From positions 64,666,001-64,730,000 of the forward strand of contig OY740782.1 in NCBI GenBank assembly GCA_963514005.1: 64,000 bases of DNA, written 5' to 3'. Positions 47,001-60,470 of this stretch are shown in pieces; positions within the stretch are counted from its first letter, which is position 1, and every line of letters starts with the position of its first letter. This DNA is from Raja brachyura. Its lineage: Eukaryota. The notes below the pieces were generated by a model. It saw only the letters and a program-made list of their open reading frames with translations. It had not been told where the DNA came from and ran no database searches. The translations under genes and the position numbers were made by a program.

Positions 47001-49328
47001 CCCTCCACTCCTTTCAGGGACCCAAGCAGTCCTTCCAGGTCCGACAGAGGTTCACCTGCACCTCCTCCAACCTCATCTACTGCATCTGCTGCTCTAGATG
47101 CCAGCTGATATATATCGGTGAGACCAAGCGAAGGCTTGGCGTTTCGCCGAACTCCTCCGCTCGGTCCGCAATAACAAACCCGACCTCCCGGTCACTCAGC
47201 ACTTCAACTCCCCCTATCATTCCATATCCGACCTCTCTGTCCTGGGCCGCCTCCATGGCCAGAGTGAACAACACCGCAAGTTGGAGAAACAGCACCTCAT
47301 ATTCTGCTTGGGGAGTCTGCATCCTCTGGGCTTCAACATTGAATTTTCTCAATTCTGTTCACCCTTGCTGACTCCTCCCCTTCCCTCCTCTCCCCCAGCC
47401 CTCGGGCTCCTCCGCCTCCTTCTTCCTTTCTTCTCCCCGCTCCCCCCCACCTCCCATCAGTCTGAAGAAGGGTTTTGGCCCGAAACGTTGCCTATTTCCT
47501 TCGCTCCTTAGAGGCTGCTGCACCCGCTGAGTTTCTCCAGCCTTTTGTTTATCCTCGATTTTCCAGCATCTGCAGTTCCCTCTATCAATTGAATAACTAC
47601 TTTGGTTCTGTCTTCACTAAGGATGACATAAATAATCTGCCGGAAATAGCAGGGGTCAAATGAGATGGAGGAACTGAGTGAAATCCAGGTTAGCCAGGAA
47701 GTGGTGTTAAGTAAATTGAATAGATTAAAGGCCGATAAATCCCCAGGGGGATTCATCCCATAGGTTGCATCCCAGAGTACTTACGGAAGTAGCCCCAGAA
47801 ATAGTGGATGCATTAGTGATAATTTTTCAAAACTCTTTAGATTCTGGAGTAGTTCCTGAGGATTGGAGGGTAGCTAATGTAACCCCACTTTTTAAAAAGG
47901 GAGGGAGAGAGAAAACGGGGAATTATAGACCAGTTAGTCTAACATCGGTAGTGGGGAAAATGCTAGAGTCAGTTATTAAAGATGGGATAGCAGCACTTTT
48001 GGAAAGTGGTGAAATCATTGGACAAAGTCAGCATGGATTTATGAAAGGTAAATCATGTCTGACGAATCTTATAGAATTTTTCGAGGATGTAACTGGTAGA
48101 GTGGATATGGGAGAACCTGTGGATGTGTTGTATCGGGACTTTCAGAAGGCTTTCGACAAGGTCCCACATAAGAGATTAGCATTCAAACTTAAAGCACATG
48201 GTATTGGGGGTTCAGTATTGATGTGGATAGAGAACTGGCTGGCAGACAGGAAGCAAAGAGTAGAATGGGTCATTTTCAGAATGGCAGGCAGTGACTAGTG
48301 GGGTACCGCAAGGCTCAGTGCTGGGACCCCAGCTATTTACAATATATATTAATGATCTGGATGAGGGAATTGAATGCAACATCTCCAAGTTTGCAGATGA
48401 CACGAAGCTGGGGGGCAGTGTTAGCTGTGAGGAGGATGCTAGGAGGCTGCAAGGTGACTTGGATAGGTTGGAGGAGTGGGCAAATGCATGGCAGATGCAG
48501 TATAATGTGGATAAATGTGAGGTTATCCACTTTGGTGGCAAAAACAGGAGAGTAGACTATTATCTGAACGGTGGCTGATTAGGAAAGGGGGAAATGCAAC
48601 GAGACCTGGGTGTCATGGTACACCAGTCATTGAAAGTAGGCATGCAGGTGCAGCAGGCTGTGAAGAAAGCGAATGGTATGTTGGCATTCATAGCAAAAGG
48701 ATTTGAGTACAAGAGCAGGGAGGTTCTACTGCAGTTGTACAGGGTCTTGGTGAGGCCACACCTGGAGTATTGCGTACAGTTTTGGTCTCCTAATCTGAGG
48801 AAACACATTCTTGCCTTAGAGGGAGTACAGAGAAGGTTCACCAGACTGATTCCTGGGATGGCAGGACTTCCATATGAAGAATGACTGGATAGACTCGGCT
48901 TGTACTCGCTGGAATTTAGGAGATTGAGGGGGGATCTTATGGAGGCTTATAAAATTCTTAAGGGGTTGGACAGGCAAGATGCAGGAAGCTTGTTCCCGAT
49001 GTTGGGGAACTCCAGAACAAGGGGTCACGGTTTAAGGATAAGGGGGAAGCCTTTTAGGACCAAGATGAGAAGATCATTTTTCACACAGAGAGTGGTGAGT
49101 CTGTGGAATTCTCTGCCACAGAAAGTAGTTGAGGCCAGTTCATTGGCTATATTTAAGAGGGAGTTAGATGTGGCCCTTGTAGCTAAAGGGATCAGGGGGT
49201 ATGGAGAGAAGGCAGGTACAGGATATTGATTTGGATGATCAGCCATGATCATATTGAATGGCAGTGCAGGCTCAAAGGGCCGAATGGCCTACTCTTGCAC
49301 CTATTTTCTATGATTCTATGATTCTATG
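44098..49328 (+). mobile_element. CR1 LINE ORF2 (APE C-terminus + RT), 5'-truncated, disrupted, split by a Penelope insertion
   Basis: VIMGDFN, LGKSDH (APE); NYRPVSLTS, QHGFMKGKSCLTNL, DFQKAFDKVPH, SGVPQGSVLGP, KFADD; 3' hairpin and (gattctat)n tail. Confidence 0.96.
44934..47585 (+). mobile_element. Near-complete Neptune-type Penelope-like element (decayed ORF)
   Basis: RVFTIPP, VLSRGLTF, IKPADKGG, YLLPKIHKP, MDVQSLYTSIP, QGIAMG, LRYIDD, CNCKRCYTC linker, LIYCICCSRCQLIYIGET; hammerhead motif at ~47462-47489; 14-bp duplication caattgaataacta at 44897-44910 / 47586-47599. Confidence 0.96.
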
Positions 49329-49369
49329 CACCAGTAACCATGAAATGCTTAATTGCATCGTAAAGATCA

Positions 49370-50075
49370 ACACAAGAAGTAAATGTACAATAATAAATAA
49401 AACAATAAATTTTCAAGAATACTAGGTAACCAAACCATAATTGTGCAAACCAGTACCTAGAGCAACCTATACAAAGTCTAAAGTTCAGTCAGAAGAAGGG
49501 TCTCAACCCAAAATGTCACCTATCACCACCAATAGGTGCCTGAGTTGGTGCCTGAGATGGTGCCTGAGTTACTCCAGCAATTTGTGTCTTTTTTCATAAA
49601 TCAACATCTGTAGTTCTTTGTGTGTCCAAAGTAGATCGTTGCTCAGGTAGGGCTTGCGATTAGGATTACGTAGGGTGGTTTTGGAGACTAATGGTTGAAA
49701 GGAAGTAGCTGTTCTTGAATCAGGAGGTCACAGCTCTTAACCTGCTTCAGGATGGTAGCAGCAAGATGAGAGCATGGCCAAGCTGTTGTGGGTCTTTGAT
49801 GACATTAGCTGCCTTCATGAGGCAGAACTTCCTGTAGATTCCTTCAATAGTGGGATCAGTACCTGTGATGGAGCAGGCAAAATCCACCACTTTCTGCAAC
49901 CTCCATCATTCTTGGACATTCAATTTACCAAAACAAGCCTTGATGCAACCAGTCAGTGTGCTCTCTATCATACACATCATTAAGTATTTCTGACATGCCG
50001 ATTTTCGTCAACTTTCTGAGGAGGTAGAGCCGTCAATAAGCTTTCTTTATGATTGCATCATTGTGCTGGGACCAG
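49370..50075 (-). mobile_element. Old Rex1/Babar 3' fragment with a small pLTR inserted (~49485-49625)
   Basis: Reverse strand: LYLLRKL, ESTLTGCI, LQKVVD, KDPQQLGHAL, RFKNSYF. Confidence 0.72.
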
Positions 50076-50660
50076 GATCATTTTTGATTGTGAGTCTTTT
50101 ACATGTGAGAAAGCATCAGCCATGGTAGCACACAAGTCTACTCATCTAGACCCGATTACATACTGTAACTGGAACTGAACACATGGAGGCGAGGACCAAA
50201 TAGGGACATATGCTTTAGTCTAGTGAGAAACATCTCAACATCTCCCTTGTTCTGTGTCATGATTTCACCAAAAGCATTAACTGGGCTAATTATTAATGGA
50301 AATCTAATTCATTTAAGTCAATTGAATGTTTTAAAAGATTAAATTGTGCACTCCTACTAGCACTGTAAACCACACCAAAATGTAAAATGCAAATACTGTC
50401 CTTCAATGTAATGAAACAACTCAGATATTCATGAATATACCATTGTTCCTTCAGTGCCATTTATATCAGAATCAATTGGTTCCCGGGCAAGGTGCGATTG
50501 CGACAATTTTCAGACTAAAACACATTGCTTCAGAAATTTATCCAGGTTGTTCAGGTGGCAGAACGTGATTGAATCAGTAACGTAATCCTGTACCAGATAT
50601 GCAGAGACTGATGTCAGTCATTGTGAGGGACCTCTTCAGATGCTTATTTGGGAAAGTAAT

Positions 50661-51073
50661 TCCTGAGCAAATCCTAGCCTTGGACGGGGAACCCTGTTCA
50701 AGTGCCCTCCATTATTTATATAGCAAATCCATCCTCTAGATACTACTGAATACACCCTGCACTGAGCCCATCAATCTCATTCCACCTCAGTTGAGGCCCT
50801 CATCTGACCTGGAACCTGTGCCTGAGGTCCCAATCTGGTTCTCTCTGAGCAGTTGTCTCCCGCCCCTTCCCTCAACTCCATCCCCGGACCTTTGCTTAAA
50901 GCTCCACAATGTGTAATGGATGCGGAGTGCACTGAGACCTATTAAGTGCTGCCTCATGCAATGGGTTGTGGACATTACTGAAGTTAACAAGCCACAACAG
51001 TCACTAGTGTACCCAGTGAACTTTAGGCAAACTTCTCCCAACCCCAATTAATTTTTAAACCACACCATTTTAC
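50661..51073. repeat. ~413-bp unclassified repeat, copy 2
   Basis: Direct match to 42858-43271. Confidence 0.9.
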
Positions 51074-52894
51074 AAAGAACTGTGGGGAAGAGATATCAAT
51101 CGCAAAGTTGCACTGGGAAGATTAAGGTACATCGTTCATTAGGTTCCATGCCCACCCCTTTTGTTTTCTATCGTCATCCATTTTACTTTTAATCTCCCCT
51201 TTCTTCAGCCTTCTCACAGCTTTATTAGAAGGTTATTGTTTGGGTTACTGTGCAGGAAAAGTTAATAGAAATCCAGGTACATTGATAACATAAATTGGGC
51301 CACGTGGGGCAGTTGCAGAAGTAAATTGAGAAGATACGACCAGTTAGTACAAGTTAACAAACTAGGAACCAAGAGACAATGGGTAAACAATATTCAAAAT
51401 GGGATAGAAATTCAAGGAGCAAAATTGAAATACTTAAATAAGTTATGCAAAACAAATCTAGAATTGCGATTTGATTTTCCCTCTTCCACCTGAGGTGCAC
51501 TTTCAAACGGAAAAGAAGCCTGCATTGTATTAATGTTCCAAGCATCTTTTGCAACAGGTTAAACTAGGTCTCACTGCTTTGAGACAGATCTGATTCAGAT
51601 ATGTCTTGAGATATTATGTTTCAAAACAAAATATCAATCTAGTTTCAGTCTACACATTCTTCACAAAGATTTTGTGCACTTCACGGGGTTGGGTGAGTTT
51701 GCTGATTTTGCGGGTAATGTATTTGTTGTTGTCATGAGTCTCCATCTCATACTTATCAGTAGAGATCAGATCCCACGGATCTGCTTGATAAACGGTAATT
51801 TTGAACTAATTCAACAGCAGACTGATTGTGTGTTACAGTAACCTACTGTGTGATGGAGTGAGACAATTCAAGGTGTTGATGATAGATGCAGGTTGGAAAA
51901 TTTGGAATTCAGCACTGTGGCCTTATCTCCAACCAACATTCCCTTCAAATGTTTCTTTCCCTACTCAGTATGCAATTTGCAAACAACACACAACTCCCAG
52001 AACTTTTTATCCGATCTCCCTCCCAGCAATAGCCCTTTTTGCATTATCATGCCTTCATCAAAATATAAATGTTTCTACCCTCACTTATTTTTTAAGTCCA
52101 GCTATATTAGTCAAGAATTAAAATAGGATGTCCATAGTATTGCCAAGGGTTTCAACGTTTTCAGTTAATTTAAACTGATTCAGTGTTTGTGCTGTAAGCA
52201 AGAAATAAGTCATATTGATCTTTTATTTAAAGTAAAATACTGTTTGCTTTAACAACGTGCATGCACCTTGGGCAAAAGCCAATTCTAATTGATCATTTTA
52301 AAAATAAATGTTGATTGACCTCAAATAAATCAATTCAAAATTAACTCATCGTAAAGAGTGCATTGAATTTCAAAATCAAAATTGGTTTTTAAAAAGAGAA
52401 GTGGAATTCATTGTTTGTAATAATACTTGTGCAGTGATTGTGTTACATCCCCTCTCTAACATAAATTGCTTGGTTGCAGCAAAGGCTTTGCCCCATTAGG
52501 TTTTACTAGAAAAATTGTAGGAAGCCTTGTAATAATATCACTAATGATATTTTTGAAGCTTCTGGTCATGAATTTTAAATAGCTTTATTCCAATCATTTC
52601 TCAAATTCTGGATAGGTTTAAGAGTCCTTCCTTGGAACCCATTTTGATTCTCTGATTGACAGGAGGTTTCTTTATGCTTGTCATTAATGCCAAATTAATA
52701 ACACTGAGCCATGGGAGCACTTGCCAGTTCATTATTTCTTTTGCAATTGGCTACTTGAATAAAGGTTAGATTTGTACTTTGAGATTGTGTTGCAGTTGAC
52801 GCCACATAAATAGATATTATGCCACTGCTAAGAATTGCAAAGCACCAGAATATTTGATGTTACCATGGACAGATTTGGGTAGCCGAGATTAATG

Positions 52895-53195
52895 GTGCGG
52901 CAAGGTGACACAGCGCTAGAGTTGCTGCCTCACAGTGCTTCTAGCTCTGGAGATCTGGGTGCTGTCTGTACGGAGTTTGTACGTTCTCCCCTGGCCTGTG
53001 TGGGTTTTCTCTGAGATATTCAGTTTCCTCCCACACGCCAACAACATACAGATATGTAGGATAATTGGCTTGGTGTATGTGTAAATTGTCCCTAGTATGG
53101 TAGGATAGTGCTAACGTGTGGGGATTGCTGGTCGGCGCAGATTCGGTGGGCCAAATCGCTTGTTTCCATGCTGTATCTCTAAACTAAACTAAATT
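52895..53195 (+). mobile_element. V-SINE/HE1-type SINE
   Basis: tacggagtttgtacgttctccc..cagtttcctcccacac..tgtttccatgctgtatctctaaactaaactaaa. Confidence 0.85.
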
Positions 53196-54119
53196 ATAGA
53201 ACAGGATATAGAACAGGAAAATTCTCACACCTACTTGTGTCATCAGTGGTCTCAGACTCAGGTTCCGACCTGAAACATTGTCCATCCATTTGCTTCCACA
53301 CATGCTGCCTGACCCGTTGAGTTCCTTTGTTTTTTGCACCAGTAATATCCACCAGGTTTGAGCTGCATTGGAGGAGCATTCCGAAGCTCCTCCAACATAT
53401 CAAGAGTGCTTCATTTACTCCCAACTGTTGGCTTGCTCGTGTTTGTGTGGGAACACCAGCACATAACGTCACCATGTTTATTTGCATTGCAGCAAGCATC
53501 TGGAAAACAAATTCAACATAATTGGTGAAAGTGAGCTGAACCTTTTACGCGTTTCCAAAAAAATGGTGCAAATGGATGGCGCTCAACATTAATGTCAAAA
53601 CATTCCTCATAATGATATAATGGCCACTGTGATGTGGATTATTTTCCTTTTAAACTTTTCTGGATGTCTTGTCAGCTCAAAAGTAAACCTAGCATGCAGC
53701 AGTTATCAAGATGTCAACCCGGCTGAGTACTTAAGAAAAAAATCTCACTGACAGCATACTGGAATAGAAAGAGACATTTTTAATTACCATTTTATATATT
53801 AACATATAAATTGAAATATTTTATATATTGAAATATTTATCTGAGGGAATAACATGTATAAAAATAGTTTCTCAAGGTCAAATAGTTTGCTAGGAAATAA
53901 TTATGGCTTAGTACACCATTAAAATTTGACTTTGATCTCATGCACAAAGGCATGATTTTCACACTATTTTACAGCAAGGCTCAAATTTAGATCATTTCCA
54001 AGTGGTTCCCTTTGGAAGATGCTGTAGAAAGAGCCACTTGCAGAGAACATTGATTCACTGACAATAACTTCAGGTTTACTACATTAAACTGGTCACGTAC
54101 AGAAATTCCAAAGTTCGAT

Positions 54120-54782
54120 GGAGTGAGTTATGAAGCATGGAAACAGGCAATTTTGCATAGAGATCCATGTGGATCACCAAACACCCATTAACAATAACCC
54201 AATAATAATCCTAATTTATTTCCCCTTTATTTCCATTGCGGGAAAGGGAAACATTTCTGTTGGTACCAGGAGGGAGCTGGAGATGCCAGACATGAGGAAT
54301 AAGGGCTGGTAAGAGGGTGTACCGGGGTTATGCCTCAAGTACCTTCAAGGTTGGCTGCTGGAGGCTCCCCCAAGATGCAAAAATGGCCGGACTAGGAGAG
54401 GGACGTCGGTTCAGGGGAACTGCTCCAGTATATCGAGCATGTGGGCAGACCGGACTTTGAATAATTGCGGCAAAAATTGTGGCACCTGCATGCATAATAT
54501 ATGCAGGAAGAATTTAATTGTGTCGTTGCTTATGTGACAAATAAAGCAGCATTTACTCAAGGTTCTATCACCTACTGGCACATTAAGGAAAATCTACAAT
54601 GGCCAATTAATTGATTATCTTACATGACAGAGAGAAGCAGGAGGAAATTGGAGCACCCAAAGAAAACCCACACAACCACAAGCAAAATGAGCAAACTCTG
54701 CACAGTAGCACTGGAGGTTAATAGTGAACCTGGGCTGCTGGAGCTATATGGCAGCAGCATTACTAGAGGCACTACCGTGCCA
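54120..54782 (-). mobile_element. Old V-SINE interrupted by a plus-strand Rex1-tailed repeat (~54245-54552)
   Basis: ggaggaaattggagcaccc..gaaaacccac core and head at the right; catggaaacaggc tail at the left; insert ends gtgacaaataaa. Confidence 0.55.
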
Positions 54783-55299
54783 CTTATGTTGCCAGTATGA
54801 AGTAAGCACCAATGTCTGTCCACCATTCTTACTGCAATATCTGGGTTAACATCTTCAGAAGGATGCTGTATGGCTTGATTTATCCAAAGATATAAAGCAA
54901 ACACTCTTCAATCTTCATCCTGTTGAGATTTATTGTATCACTCGCAAGCTTCCCTGGAGTTTCTTTGATACTTTCAAATTTAACTGGAGCTGCAGTGGAC
55001 TCACAGAGCATCCGTAATCCAGGTGGTCACACCTAAATTGCAGGCAGCAAGCAGTTGGACCACCAAGAAAAGCAGAGAGGGTGGCAGAGAGTTCAGGATT
55101 CCCCTATGGTCATTACCCCCAATAATACCATTTTGGATACTGTTGGGAGCATGATCTTTCATAGGAGAGCAGCAGCAGCAGCCAGATCTGTGGCACCACA
55201 GCTGCCTCACAATCCATCTGCCCACCCATACCTTTGCCCAACTCCTCCCCACCCGTGGAGAAGCTGCGATACCCATGTTGAACTTATCAACCAAAGCAT

Positions 55300-55571
55300 C
55301 TGTAGAGTTGCTGCCAGAGACCTGGGTTCAATCCTGACTACGGGTGCTGTCTGTACGGGGTTTGTATGTTCTCCACGTGACATGCATGGGTTTTTTTTTC
55401 CGGGAGCTCCGGTTTCCTCCCACTCTCCAAAGATGTACAGGTAATTGGCTTGGTAAAATTACAAATTGTTGCTAGTGTGTAAAGGTTGGTGTTAGATTGG
55501 TGGAATTGCTGGTCTTGGTGGGCAGAAGGGCCTGATTCCATGCTGTATCTCTAAATTAAACTTAACTAAAC
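55300..55571 (+). mobile_element. V-SINE/HE1-type SINE
   Basis: gacctgggttcaatcctgactacgggtgctgtctgtacg..ctccggtttcctcccactctccaaag. Confidence 0.85.
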
Positions 55572-55999
55572 CACTTCAGAACACATAAACCCACCATGGA
55601 AGCATGACATCCTCAATCCCACGGGTCTGTTTAAAAAAAAGTGGATTAATATTCAAGGTGCATTCTTATTAGTGACTATTTTCATTTGATTTTTTACTAA
55701 TCTCACATTTCAAAGAACATTTTTCTTTTGTAATTGGTTAGAATTCAAATTAATCATCAGTAACTCATCTTCCTCAATAAAAATAATAATTAGACATCCT
55801 GAATTAGATCTAAAGAGAGCACTTTATTACCAAATATCACGTGTTGGAATTGCAGGCACATCTCTCCATACAGAACAAAAACCTGCAGGTTTGGAAGTGC
55901 TGTCATTAATATGTGATTTTAAAAAAGCCATCAGTCAGTCGCATTCTGAGGAATATTTGTGCTATGAATCTTGTGCAAATCCACCACCAAATAAGGTAT

Positions 56000-56212
56000 A
56001 AGAAAAAACTGCAGATGCTGGAAAAATCAAAGGTAGATAAAAATGCTGGAGATACTCAGCAGGTGAGGCAGCATCTATGGAGCGAAGGAATAGGTGACGT
56101 TTCAGGTTGAGACCCTTCTTCAGTCTGAAGAAAGCCCTTGACTCGAAACGTCACATATTCCTTCGCTCCATAGATGCTGCCTCACCCGCTGAGTTTCTCC
56201 AGCATTTTTGTA
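56000..56212 (-). mobile_element. Penelope-derived fold-back mini-element
   Basis: Inverted arms turning at cttcttcagtctgaagaa; tail at the left; 15-bp duplication caccaaataaggtat at 55985-55999 / 56213-56227. Confidence 0.9.
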
Positions 56213-56279
56213 CACCAAATAAGGTATGTTCTCAAGTTTGATAAACTCCCTCCATGTGAGTCGGTTAATATGTCATGGT

Positions 56280-56575
56280 AACGCTGAGATTGTTACTGGG
56301 TAATTACCAGGCTTGGTCAAGTGATCCAAGTATAAGATGTGGCAGCTGCGGAATTTATTTTAAATTGAAAACATGTTATCAATGAAGATAACCATGAAGC
56401 TGCCAAATTGTTACAATAATCTAATTCATTGATATCTAAAGGGAAGAAATTGACCCACACTCACCTGGTTCATCCTGTGTAACTCCTGACCTACAGCAAC
56501 GTGGTTGGCCCTTAATTGCCCCCCTTAAAACCATTCAGTTCAGAGTGTTTAAGAATGGACAATAATTGCTGCCAA
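56280..56575 (+). mobile_element. Old SINE-like repeat
   Basis: Related in reverse to 18800-19135; gataaccatgaagctg..gggaagaaat..cagcaacgtggttggcccttaattgcccc. Confidence 0.5.
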
Positions 56576-57529
56576 GCCTAAAGAATTGATTGAATGAGGG
56601 AACCAAAAGTACTTCGTCATTTATATATAAGCCTACCTTGTGGACCAACCCTGTCCCAATAAATCCATGCTTGGCACTATGTCATTTTTTGAGTGGTAAC
56701 TCTCCTTGACATGCTGTGGGATACTTTACTGTATTAGAGGTGCCATATGAATGCAAGCTGCTCTTTCAATTTAGTTGCATGTACCAGTTGAAGCTATCAC
56801 CACTTTAGCCCGTTTAATAATAATCATTTACCTCAGCAAGCATTTACAAAATCAGCAAACAAGCAATGTTCCCTTTTAAATATGTTCTGGTGGATTATCG
56901 CTTTTAGTTAGATTTTTACAGAGCATTTATAGTCTTATATTCAAAGGAATAATTTTTAACTAAATAACTCCATAATGAAAAACTGCCACATTCATGTAAC
57001 ACTGAGTGTAAAAATGGTAAATGGTGATTCCTGTGTGGGCTTTGCAGGCTGAATACTTCACAATTTGACCTTGGCTACATAAGATGGTATATAGTGAATG
57101 ACAAAGGGTCTACCAAATATATCGGTAGTGCTGCCCTATATTCCAGGTTGCTGGATCCAACCCAACTTCTTTTGTGGTGTCCATTCCAGCCTAGTGGTCA
57201 AAATAATGTACCAGATCATCGGGTTTACGAAGCTGAGAATAATATGCCAGGTGTCTGGGATGAGGAGAATATTAGGATAACCTTCCTTTCTCATGTTCAC
57301 ATCTAAACCATATCTAAACTATTATTATCCTATCTCCATTGCCCTAGAAACACCTACTGGCCCCAAATAGAGTATTCACTGACAAGTACGTTCAGATCTA
57401 CCAGGAGTATCAGAACATACATAATGCCAGGTTAAACTAAACTCCTCTGCCTGCATGTGATCCATTTTCCTCCATTCCTTGGAGGAACAGGATCACATTT
57501 AATTATTACTAAAGTGGCTGAAGTGATGA

Positions 57530-58440
57530 TACAAAGCTGGGTGGCAGTGTGAACTGTGAGGAGGATGCTATGAGAATGCTGGGTGACTTGGACAGGTTGG
57601 GTGAGTGAGCAGATGCATGGCAGATGCAGTTTAACGTGGATAATTGTGAGGTTATCCAGTTTGGTAGCAAAAACAGGAAGGCAGATTATTATCTAAATGG
57701 TGTCAAGTAGGGAAAAGGGGAAGTACAATGGGATCTGGGGGTCCTTGTTCATCAGTCAATTAAAGTAAGCATGCTTGTACAGCAGGCAGTGAAGCAAGTG
57801 AATAGCATGTTGGCCTTCACAACGAGAGGATGAGTATAGGAGCAAGGAGGTCCTTCTGCAGTTGTATCGGGCCCATAGTGAGACCACACCTGGAGAATTG
57901 TGTGCAGTTTTGGTACTCTAATTTGAGGAAGGACATTCTTGCTATTGAGGGAGTGCAGCGTAAATTTACAAGGTTAATTCCCTGGATGGCAGGACTGTCA
58001 TATGCTGAGAGAATGGAGTGGCTGGGCTTGTATACTCTGGAGTTTAGAAAGATGAGAGGAGATCTTATTGAAACATTTAAGATTATTAAGGTTTTGGACA
58101 CGCTAGAGGCAGGAAACATGTTCCCAATGTTGGGGGAGTCCAAAACCAGGGGCCACAGTTTAAGAATAAGGGGTAAGCCAATTAGAAAGGAGATGAGGAA
58201 ACACTTTTTCACACAGAGAGTTGTGAGTCTGTGGAATTCTCTGCCTCAGAGGGTGGTGGAGGCCAGTTCTCTGGATACTTTCAAGAGAGATCTAGATAGG
58301 GCTCTTAAAGATAGCGGAGTCAGGTCATATAGGGAGAAGCCAGGAACGAGGTACTGATTGGGGATGAGCAGCCATGAATGGCAGTGCTGGCTCGAAGAGC
58401 TGAATGACCTACTCCTACACCTATTGTCTATTGTCTATTG
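57530..58440 (+). mobile_element. CR1 LINE 3' ~0.9 kb, nested in an older minus-strand CR1 end (57410-57480, 58441-58615)
   Basis: DTKLGGSV, VRPHLENCVQFW, EGVQRKFTRLIP, TRGHSLRI, FFTQRVVSLWNSLP; (ctattgt)n tail. Confidence 0.93.
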
Positions 58441-59814
58441 CATATCCATGTACCTATATAAAAGCCTCTTAAATGTCACAATCATATCTGCCATCACCAC
58501 CACAACTGCCAGGGTGTTCTCTGTGTAACAAAAACTAGCCCTGCACATCTTTAAATTTAGCCCATCTCACTAAACCTATGCTCTCTAGTCTTTGACATTT
58601 CCACCCTGGGAAAAGGCGTCTGGAGAAGGGTCTCGACCTAAAGCGTCACCCTTTCCTTCTCCCCTGTCCTGCTACTTTAAACCAGCATTTTGTGGAGTAA
58701 AGCATTTCTATCTTCAAAGAATTTCTGTGCTCTCAATTACAAGAATATGAATCCAATCTTCAACTCCAGTCTGAATTCCCGATGCCTCTTGAACAGCTGT
58801 GACCAATAGTAGCATTAATGGAAAACAATTAAAAATTAAAATCCTCTGCAACACGTCAATTAATTACCTCTTTCAAGGGATGTGGGGGAGCTGGAAGTCT
58901 GAGCAGCACTTGACCAAGTCTTCTACTGCCGCCGGACAGATTGCACGGAGGCACAGTCCCGTAGATTCTCTGCTTCCGCCGCAGGTGCGATGGGAATCTG
59001 AGCCGGGAGCAAACCCAGCAGTCAAATTAATACAATTTCCCACTCGCAGATCGAATTGTTCTGCCCATCAGGATTCTTGTATTTCACCGAATTCTCAAGA
59101 GATTTACAACAAGCTTCTCTGAAGAACTAAGTGAAATGCAAGAATACTTCCCCTCACGTTAGCCAAAAATAGGTACAAGACAATCTGCATCTTCTCTCAC
59201 TTTAGCCAAAAATTGACTTATTTCCCTTAAATTATAAACATGCATTCTTGCAACATATAATATGATTTAAATGAAAAAGAAATCATGATAGGAAGCTGCC
59301 AGCCAGCCTAGATATTCGTATTCATTATGCTGTGTTTATTTGCGTGCTTAAATAATGAAGCAAAGTCAATATTTCTGCTTTATACAGCATCACAGTCACT
59401 GATGCCTTAGGACATCATCACATTCAATCATTAAGGCTAATGTGATCTGTTGTGCTGTGCCTAAATAGCTTTTGTGCAGAATCTCCGACTCAAATCTCCC
59501 CCTGAGTTCCCTGTTCTTCAATTATATGGTGTTTGTCTGACCAAGGAAGAAAATACATCATCATTAATCTTTGCAGTACAGACCATTTCTCTGTACCCGC
59601 CTAAAGAATTGCATTTTGTATTCCTTATTTGAAAAAATCTTGTACCATGCCCTCTTTGGAAATTAATTATTTGTATCAAAAAAGATGAGCGAACTTAAGC
59701 ACTGAGGATAGTGAAAAAGAAGTTAGATATCCATCTCCTGGTGGCCTACAGTTGCAGTGATCTTAATTCAGTCCTGATCCCTGGAGCTGGAGTTTGCATA
59801 TTCTCTTGCTGACC

Positions 59815-60470
59815 AGATTGTCTGGTCATATGGATTATCACAAAGCCTTTGATATGGTGCTGCACGTGAGGCTGCTGAAGAAGATGGCAGCCCATGGTAT
59901 TAGGGGGAACATACTAGCATGGATAGAAAGTTGGCTAGATGGCAGAACACAAAGAGTGAGAATAAACTTTTTCTGATTGGCTGCCAGTGAGTTAGCGGTG
60001 TTCCGCAGGGGTTTGAATGAGGGAATTCAAGGCTTTTTGGCCAAGTTTGCAGATAATATACGAAGATAGGTGGATGGGAAGGTGGTGTAGAGGAAGCAGG
60101 GACTCTGCAGATGGACTCAGACAGGGTGGGAGAGTGGACAAAGAAGTTTCAGATGGAATACAGCACAGCAAAGTGTGCAGTCATGCATTTTGGGAATAGG
60201 AGTAAAGGTAAAGGTGTATTTTCTAAGTGGGAAGAGGATTCAGAAATTGGAGGTGCAAAGGGAGTTACAAATACAATCTTAGCATTTACTACAAGATGAC
60301 TTACATATAAAAACAAGGATGTAATGCTGTGGTTTTATAATGCACTGGTCAGACCACATTTGGAGTATTGTGAGCAATTTTGTGCCCCATATCTATGGAA
60401 GGATGTGTTGGTGTTGGCGAGGATCCAGAGGAGGTTTACAAGAATGATCCCAGGGAGATTCGGTTAACAT
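59815..60470 (+). mobile_element. Old CR1 RT fragment
   Basis: MDYHKAFDMVLH.RLLKKM.AHGIRGNILAWIESWL; KFAD; LVRPHLEYCEQF. Confidence 0.85.

Noticed and set aside
42858-51073. Direct repeats as the two LTRs of one retrotransposon
   Set aside because: No TG..CA ends, PBS, polypurine tract or target duplication; the interior is CR1, Penelope and Rex1, not gag/pol.
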